44,045 nt of DNA from Veillonella sp. (GTDB lineage Bacteria; Bacillota; Negativicutes; Veillonellales; Veillonellaceae), in contig JAIITD010000001.1 in the NCBI GenBank assembly GCA_022737715.1, forward strand, positions 1 through 44,045, in the 5' to 3' direction. This document shows positions 38,701 through 44,045 of this stretch, in pieces (the first letter of the stretch is position 1; each line of letters starts with the position of its first letter). Both the position numbers and the translations under genes were made by a program. The notes under the pieces are model-generated. The model saw only the letters and a list, made by a program, of their open reading frames with translations. It ran no database searches and was not told the DNA's origin.

Positions 38701-39259
38701 CCCATTGCTCTTGATTCATCTTTTCCGCTTGTTTACCAATCAAAATCATAAACAATGGAATTAATGGTACTGTACCTATTAAAATAGCCCCGATAATAGG
38801 CAATGTATCCATTATGGCAATCCCCATTACTAGTGGGATGATAATCGCATATAGCATTTGAGGTATATAGCTCGAAACATAGGCCTCTACTTGTTCTAAT
38901 CCATCAGTAATGAGATGTATCGTATCACCTTGAGATTCTCCTCGTTGAATACCTAATCTAAATAGATGCGCAAGAGCTTCTTTACGCAAAATAGATTTAA
39001 CAGAATGGCCCAAACTAGACGATACATGTTCCTGTATATAAGAAAAAACTAAACGTAATATAATGAATACCGCAAGCCATGTAATTGTATTAGATTCATC
39101 CAACACAGTATGATCAAGAAAAACCAAATTATGTATTAATGTGGCAAAAAACCAAGCTTGTCCTACTATAGAAAGACTTTGTAAAATACTAGACATAATC
39201 AGTGCCAATAATACGAGCCTTTTACTTTTAATGACGCGAAGCGCCGTTTTCTGTATCAT
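35720..39259 (-). CDS. cydDC: Fused CydD-CydC thiol/heme ABC exporter
   Basis: TMD-NBD-TMD-NBD architecture. CydD motifs (LRVLRVAFLSALVLE, APEFYTP) and CydC motifs (VRFFGISRAVCRYFERYTSH); downstream of cydAB. Confidence 0.92.
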   Translation of the reverse strand: MIQKTALRVIKSKRLVLLALIMSSILQSLSIVGQAWFFATLIHNLVFLDHTVLDESNTITWLAVFIILRLVFSYIQEHVSSSLGHSVKSILRKEALAHLFRLGIQRGESQGDTIHLITDGLEQVEAYVSSYIPQMLYAIIIPLVMGIAIMDTLPIIGAILIGTVPLIPLFMILIGKQAEKMNQEQWDRMSLLSGHFLDVLRGITTLKVFGRAKEQIQVISRLSNEFKDSTLRVLRVAFLSALVLELVSTISTAIIAVYLGLTLLDGGLDFLPAFFILLLAPEFYTPFRQLGAAFHTGMSGKTALAKFDAFMNTPIVLPRGGNCRIQGTIESIRLDNLNYTYPETSNGIKHITLQVCRNKPIMLVGESGAGKSTIARILGAFLEAPSNSVYVNDIDLSTCSMDWWRTQVTYVSQKPHVMHGTLRDNIAFGQDVSDDELLEAAKLAELYDVICEKGLDFVVGEGGMGLSGGELQRIALARAFLHGGQVLILDEVTSHLDVNTEAQISCALQRLMKDKIVILVGHRIQTMQWASQLYVLRQGEIIEQGTYETLLAQNGYFKALIDAGTGSFVLDDEDVSYVSKLEVPLPQQQEALSNSKVPYEADETKYSDIEGWKLLFSVLKPARWSLVLALVFTSLTVFMNVGLLSVSSWLLASAALQPGITYLSLAIVGVRFFGISRAVCRYFERYTSHKMAFQGLYGLRVWFYTYLEPLAPAIFKRWGAGDMLNRIMADIEVLQFFYLRTLIPPVAAIVLTILVSFGVGTIDAHLSTLVWCAALMTGVVLPYGIYRYHRTSLNMISQVQGHFKSTLTDTLESLEDIISYHNENLVMERMMQSIDDVEYHKGRISKGMNLGNTMFIAIVQIVVVLAALLASDVLTGPWASVMVVVCAIGIQAWFEALQPMIVSVHHGYESLVAVRRLLQIKHAPLPIKDTGCVDLNSMDTISLKHVNFGYDHSSLIYKDLTLDIPKGQAVAIVGASGSGKTTLFSLLERLYDYSGYISVGHNELKSVTIDSWRNLMGSITQDTYIFHATLEDNIRLAKPHASADEVQRAVNQAVLSDVVTRLPKGLRTIVGSGGVGLSGGERQRVALARLFLRNPELILLDEPLEGLDQVTRRKLHNDILAFTKEKTVLYITHQLEGLELMDRILFMEKGRIVEDGTFSELIAKKGRFYAYCRLTMASV

Positions 39260-39310
39260 ATCTAACCCCCTTTAAATCTAATTTTATCAATATTACATTC
39301 ATCTTACCAT

Positions 39311-39342
39311 AAAAATGAGGCGTGCCGCTACAGCACGCCTCA
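39311..39342 (-). terminator. Terminator after cydB
   Basis: TGAGGCGTGC / GCACGCCTCA with a minus-strand U5 tract. Confidence 0.75.
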
Positions 39343-39383
39343 CAAAAGGGATCAAACTTTCACAATCGGTAAAAGTGCCTATA

Positions 39384-40403
39384 TTAATAATGTAAGTCTT
39401 TTTCTGTTACACGATGACGGAATGTCCAGTATACCCAAATTTGATATGCTAATACGATTGGTACAAATACCACTGCAACCGCAGTCATCAATGCCAAGGT
39501 ATATTCAGAAGAAGATGCATTTGTAATGGTCAAGCTCCACGCTGGGTTCAAAGAAGATACCATAATACGAGGGAATAGACCTGCAAAATATGTAGCCGTA
39601 ATCAAAATAACGGAAAGAGAGCTAAATACAAAGCCCCATTTTGTATTGCGCGTACGTGCTGCAGCCCAAGAAATAAGGAAGCAAACAACAGCTAAGGCAC
39701 AGAAAATAGTAGCTAAGATAGAGCTGTACAAATCAGTGTATACATAGGATGCAATAATCAACGCAATCACACCGATTGCAGTAGGTACACCTGTAACGAG
39801 AGATGCTGCACGTGCACGTTCAGAGATAGGACCTGCTGTTTTAATAGATGTAAACAAACCACCATGGTATGTAAACACTAAAATGAAAGCAACACCACAT
39901 AATACAGTGTAAGGGCTAAGTAAATCCCAGAATGTACCAACATATGTCATCGTTTCATCAATAGGTGTGCCTTGGATCAAGTTACCTACTGTTACGCCCC
40001 ACAATAAGGCAGGAACGATAGAACCGATGAAAATACAATAATCAAATACTTTACGCCATGTACGATTTGCACTTTTAGAACGGAATTCAAAAGCAACGCC
40101 ACGCATGATAAGTACAGCAAGCATTAAGAACAATGCCATGTAGAAACCACTAAACAATGTAGCATATACATGAGGGAAGGATGCGAATAACGCACCACCA
40201 GCAGTAATCATCCATACTTCATTACCATCCCAAATAGGACCTAACGCATTAATCATTTGACGACGTTCAACGTCAGTTTTACCAATGACTGGTAGAAGAA
40301 TACCTGTGCCATAGTCGAAGCCTTCTAAGAAGAAGAAACCTGCAAACAATACACAAAGCAAGATGAACCAGATCACATTAAGGTTATTCATAATTAGTTC
40401 CAT
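39384..40403 (-). CDS. cydB: Cytochrome bd ubiquinol oxidase subunit II
   Basis: LEGFDYG, PIWDGNEVW, RGVAFEFR. Confidence 0.97.
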   Translation of the reverse strand: MELIMNNLNVIWFILLCVLFAGFFFLEGFDYGTGILLPVIGKTDVERRQMINALGPIWDGNEVWMITAGGALFASFPHVYATLFSGFYMALFLMLAVLIMRGVAFEFRSKSANRTWRKVFDYCIFIGSIVPALLWGVTVGNLIQGTPIDETMTYVGTFWDLLSPYTVLCGVAFILVFTYHGGLFTSIKTAGPISERARAASLVTGVPTAIGVIALIIASYVYTDLYSSILATIFCALAVVCFLISWAAARTRNTKWGFVFSSLSVILITATYFAGLFPRIMVSSLNPAWSLTITNASSSEYTLALMTAVAVVFVPIVLAYQIWVYWTFRHRVTEKDLHY

Positions 40404-41782
40404 AATCTTGCCTCCTCTTTTTCTTCTACATGGTAAATTGTTTGCCCATCAGGACCTTTTTTAATATGCTCTACAGCTAAATACAATGCAGCAATAGCAG
40501 CCAAGATGTAAATAACTGTAAAACCAATGATAGTAGTCATGATTTCAGGAGCTGTAACGGATTTAGAAGCACCATTAGCAGTCAATTGAAGGCCATATAC
40601 AAGCCATGGTTGACGACCTGCTTCTGCAACAAACCAACCAGTGGATTGAGCGATGTAAGGTAATGGTAACATCCAGAAAATAATTTTCAAGAATGTTTTA
40701 TTCTCTACGAGTTTACCTTTAGCATTTAATACCAAGCCGATGAAAGCAACTAATAACATAATGGAGCCAGCAGCTACCATGATGCGGAATGTCCAGAAAA
40801 TACCAGGAACATCTGGAATGTAATTACCAGGGCCATATTGAGCTTCAGATTTAGCTTGTAAATCTTTAATACCTTCTACCTTACCAGATGTAAAGGAGTT
40901 TTGTGTTAAGAAGGATAAGCCGCCAGGGATTTCAATGGCACCTGTATTTTGTTGTGCTTTTGTATCGATATTAGCTACCAAAGAGAATGGAGCTGGATCT
41001 TGAGTTTCCCAAAGAGCTTCCATAGCTGCCATTTTCATAGGCTGTTCTTTAGTAATATATTGGCCTTGATGATGACCTGCAAAAGCACCTAATGTACCAG
41101 CAATTAAGGTAATTACCATACCCCATTTTACAGAGGTTTTATAGAAATCAACATTGCTCTTACGAATCAAGTGCCATGCGCTGATAGCCATAATGATGAC
41201 ACCTGCTGTCATGGAACCATTTAATACAATATGAGCAAATTGGCCAGGTACATAACCATTAGAGACGATGGTTGCGAAGTTTTCCATTTCCGCACGACCA
41301 TTGCGAATTACATAGCCTACAGGATGTTGCATAAAAGAGTTTGCTACAATGATCCAGAATGCGGATAAATTGGTACCTAATGCAACTAATGTTGCCACAG
41401 CAGCATGCGCTTTATTAGATAAGCGACCCCAACCAAAGATCCAAACGCCCATAAATGTAGATTCCAAGAAAAATGCCATTAATGCTTCAAGGGCAAGCGG
41501 GGCACCAAAAATATCACCCATAAAACGAGAATATTCAGCCCAGTTCATACCGAAATGGAACTCTTGAACGATACCTGTTACAACACCCATGGCAAAGTTA
41601 ATTAAGAATAATTTACCCCAGAATTTTGCCATTTTTTGGTAAACTTCTTTACCGGTGCTTACAAAGGTCCATTCTAAAATGGCTACGATAACCGTCATTC
41701 CCAATGTGAACGGTACAAATAGCCAGTGATAGATAGATGTTAGCGCGAACTGTAAACGTGCTAAATCCAGTGCTTCAAACAT
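40394..41782 (-). CDS. cydA: Cytochrome bd ubiquinol oxidase subunit I (short Q-loop type)
   Basis: H-W-L-F heme ligand region, AFFLESTF, NSFMQHP, QPMKMAAME, GRQPW. Confidence 0.97.
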   Translation of the reverse strand: MFEALDLARLQFALTSIYHWLFVPFTLGMTVIVAILEWTFVSTGKEVYQKMAKFWGKLFLINFAMGVVTGIVQEFHFGMNWAEYSRFMGDIFGAPLALEALMAFFLESTFMGVWIFGWGRLSNKAHAAVATLVALGTNLSAFWIIVANSFMQHPVGYVIRNGRAEMENFATIVSNGYVPGQFAHIVLNGSMTAGVIIMAISAWHLIRKSNVDFYKTSVKWGMVITLIAGTLGAFAGHHQGQYITKEQPMKMAAMEALWETQDPAPFSLVANIDTKAQQNTGAIEIPGGLSFLTQNSFTSGKVEGIKDLQAKSEAQYGPGNYIPDVPGIFWTFRIMVAAGSIMLLVAFIGLVLNAKGKLVENKTFLKIIFWMLPLPYIAQSTGWFVAEAGRQPWLVYGLQLTANGASKSVTAPEIMTTIIGFTVIYILAAIAALYLAVEHIKKGPDGQTIYHVEEKEEARLWN

Positions 41783-41839
41783 GTCTTTTCCTCCTTAGAA
41801 TTGACTCAAAAATACACACTTGATGAATGTCTTACATCG

Positions 41840-42292
41840 TTACGCATGAGATACACAAGGATTCATGGTCTCTAAAATCTCTTTTTCGCGCACAGCTAAT
41901 TTATCGAAAGTCACACTTTCCATCTGTCTTACAAGTTCAGCTTGTACAACAGACATAGCTTCATTAACTGCACATTGGCCCATACATGCTTTTGAGCAAG
42001 AACCGACATCATACAAACAACGCTGTAAATACGTATCCCCCTCAACGGCTCTAATCACATCGAGCATGGAAATATCTTTGGGCTCACGATTTAATGCAAA
42101 TCCACCATCCACCCCGCGGAAGGATTTCATGATTCCTGCTGCAATAAGGCTGCGCATTATCTTAAGCAAAAAACGTTCTGGAATCATCTCTTGCTCAGCC
42201 AATACACCGCCTGTTACCTTCTGACCAGATGGTAACATCGCCATGTGCAAAATCATGCGAAACGCATAGTCCGTGGCTTGATTTAATTTCAT
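41840..42292 (-). CDS. Rrf2 family transcriptional regulator (Cys-rich, likely Fe-S)
   Basis: TDYAFR, IPERFLLKI, SFRGVDGGF, C-x6-C-x3-C-x3-C. ATG at 42292 preferred because of SD AGGAG spacing. Confidence 0.92.
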   Translation of the reverse strand: MKLNQATDYAFRMILHMAMLPSGQKVTGGVLAEQEMIPERFLLKIMRSLIAAGIMKSFRGVDGGFALNREPKDISMLDVIRAVEGDTYLQRCLYDVGSCSKACMGQCAVNEAMSVVQAELVRQMESVTFDKLAVREKEILETMNPCVSHA

Positions 42293-42336
42293 AAGCACTC
42301 CTTTTCCAATAACAACGTCTACGTATTACTACATTT

Positions 42337-42380
42337 AGTATAAACGATATAAAACAATACTGCAATGGTATTGTTTTATA
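42337..42380 (-). promoter_or_regulatory. Promoter of rrf2-cydAB overlapped by a 13-bp perfect inverted repeat
   Basis: TTGCAG-17 bp-TATACT; inverted repeat TATAAAACAATAC-N7-GTATTGTTTTATA at 42348-42380. Confidence 0.65.
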
Positions 42381-42399
42381 AAACTGTAATTAATATCAC

Positions 42400-42434
42400 A
42401 AAAAAGGACTATTAGTAAGCTACTAATAGTCCTT
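42400..42434 (-). terminator. Terminator after pit
   Basis: AAGGACTATTAGTA / TACTAATAGTCCTT with a minus-strand U6 tract. Confidence 0.8.
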
Positions 42435-42454
42435 CTCATTTATTATATGCAGTT

Positions 42455-43462
42455 CTAAAAGAATGAGCCAAATAGAAGATGTCCTACTTCATAAGCAATG
42501 GCAGCTACTATACCAGATAGCGGAATTGTTACGAACCACGCCATGACCATAGAACGCGCTACGCCCCAGTTTACTGCTTTAATACGCTTAGAAGCACCTA
42601 CCCCCAACAAAGAACCACTCACAACATGTGTAGTACTTACAGGTAAATGCAAGAATGTAGCAGTAAAAATAGTAATAGCAGAGTTTAAATCGGCTGCAAA
42701 ACCATTAATGGTTTCTAATTTAAAGATTTTTGTCCCCATGGTGGAAATAATTTTCCAACCACCAACAGCCGTACCAAAAGCCATCGCAGTCGCACAGCAC
42801 AACTTAACCCACAATGGAACATCTAAGGTATCAATATAACCACCGCTAAGTAAGGTCAATGTAATAATCCCCATCGCCTTTTGTGCGTCATTAGAACCAT
42901 GTGAAAAAGCCATCATAACGGCCGATACGATTTGCATGGATCTAAATCTATCATTTAAAACAATAGGAGAAAATCTACCAAAGATGAGTAACAACAATTT
43001 CATGATGATATAGCCACCAACCATTGCTACTAGTGGTGATAAGATGAGAGAAAAGAAAATCTTTAAAATCCCTGATTCATTTAAAGCATCAAAACCTACT
43101 GACCAGCCTACGGCACCAATGATGCCACCAATTAGTGCATGGGATGATGAACTAGGGATCCCCCAGTACCAAGTCAGTAAATTCCATGCGATGGCCCCGA
43201 TAAGGGCTGCTGAAATGATACCACTATTGATAAGAGATGGGGACATAACAATATCACCACCGATTGTCTTCGCAACCCCTGTACTCACCATAGCACCCAA
43301 AAAATTAAGTGCCGCCGTCATCATGATTGCTTTTTTAGGTTCAATAGCACGGGTTGAAACAGATGTGGCAATCGCATTAGCCGTATCGTGGAAGCCATTG
43401 ATGTAGTCAAATGCTATGGCTAGAAATACGACTAGCCAAACTAAGTAATGTGACTCAAGCAT
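42455..43462 (-). CDS. Inorganic phosphate transporter (PiT family)
   Basis: NGFHDTANAIAT, PSSSSHAL, HGSNDAQK, PVSTTH. Confidence 0.95.
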   Translation of the reverse strand: MLESHYLVWLVVFLAIAFDYINGFHDTANAIATSVSTRAIEPKKAIMMTAALNFLGAMVSTGVAKTIGGDIVMSPSLINSGIISAALIGAIAWNLLTWYWGIPSSSSHALIGGIIGAVGWSVGFDALNESGILKIFFSLILSPLVAMVGGYIIMKLLLLIFGRFSPIVLNDRFRSMQIVSAVMMAFSHGSNDAQKAMGIITLTLLSGGYIDTLDVPLWVKLCCATAMAFGTAVGGWKIISTMGTKIFKLETINGFAADLNSAITIFTATFLHLPVSTTHVVSGSLLGVGASKRIKAVNWGVARSMVMAWFVTIPLSGIVAAIAYEVGHLLFGSFF

Positions 43463-44045
43463 ACTTCAATACTACCCGGCGGAATGTACCAACCAAATCT
43501 TCGCATCCATCGATTACATCCTCCATGGAGCTTAAGATTTCCTTCCATTTGATAATTTCAATTGGATCTGTACATTCTGTAAATAATTTCGCCATTTCTT
43601 CATGGTAAATATTATCTGCTTCAGATTCAAGTTTCAACACTTGATGTACACGACCTTCTACCTTCACATGATCCTTTTTAAGGCTACCCATGTAACCGAT
43701 AGATTTATTGATATGTTTAACACATTTTACGACGATTTCACTCATGCGAATGGCACCATCACTAGGTTTACCTACATGATACATAACCATTTTATCCATG
43801 ATTTCTTTGATATTATCAAGTGTTGTATCTAATTGATCAATCAACAATTGGATATCTTCACGGTCCATCGGTGTAATGAATGTTTTACGCAAGCGATCAA
43901 CTGTTTCATTAACTAATTCATCCGCAGCTTTTTCCTTTGTATCAATTTCCAAGAATGCTTCTTCTTTAGAAACTTCGCCTTTGAAAACGCGTTCCATCAT
44001 TTCCGCACTTTCATAGGTAAGTTCAGCATGATTTTCTAAAATACT
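43455..44045 (-). CDS. DUF47 / PhoU-like phosphate transport regulator, 3' part (start lies beyond window end)
   Basis: EKAAD, TFITPMDREDI, LESEAD, IIKWKEI..ME...D.CED; coupled to pit; the frame stays open to the window edge. Confidence 0.9.
   Translation of the reverse strand, partial: SILENHAELTYESAEMMERVFKGEVSKEEAFLEIDTKEKAADELVNETVDRLRKTFITPMDREDIQLLIDQLDTTLDNIKEIMDKMVMYHVGKPSDGAIRMSEIVVKCVKHINKSIGYMGSLKKDHVKVEGRVHQVLKLESEADNIYHEEMAKLFTECTDPIEIIKWKEILSSMEDVIDGCEDLVGTFRRVVLKYA

Noticed and set aside
269..43832. Numerous short plus-strand ORFs in the track (e.g. 8524-9201, 13918-14355, 26686-27141) and nested or antisense minus-strand ORFs (11936-12130, 13544-13729, 23196-23405, 33277-33540, 37233-37427)
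   Set aside because: They lie antisense to or within well-supported genes, have no recognisable motifs, and look like shadow ORFs.

Overview
A 44-kb, AT-rich (roughly 38-40% GC by eye), gene-dense chromosomal segment. Gene content and order suggest a Negativicute, probably Veillonella (inference). Almost all genes are on the minus strand. It contains: a 5' fragment of serS; a CDF transporter; speF-potE; a conserved Firmicute block (divIC-S1-ppx-tilS-hpt-ftsH, then birA-coaX-dus-greA-lysS) interrupted by a convergent thrE; an LDH/MDH-family dehydrogenase; an ABC-F gene followed by folE-folP-folB-folK; an oppBCDF / serine hydrolase / oppA / LD-carboxypeptidase / M20 amidohydrolase cluster; pdxK; two unknown membrane proteins; rrf2-cydA-cydB-cydDC (fused); and DUF47-pit. 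I saw no rRNA, tRNA, CRISPR array, transposase or phage gene. Best leads: (1) a probable muropeptide-recycling operon, possibly tied to diamine-modified peptidoglycan; (2) a recurring promoter / short leader / terminator layout in front of greA, the ABC-F gene and dus; (3) a hairpin-rich repeat cassette bracketed by a duplicated terminator between thrE and ftsH; (4) a FolE with substitutions at catalytic residues; (5) a perfect inverted repeat over the rrf2-cyd promoter that is partly shared with the ldh upstream region. All calls come from motif recognition by eye; no searches were run.
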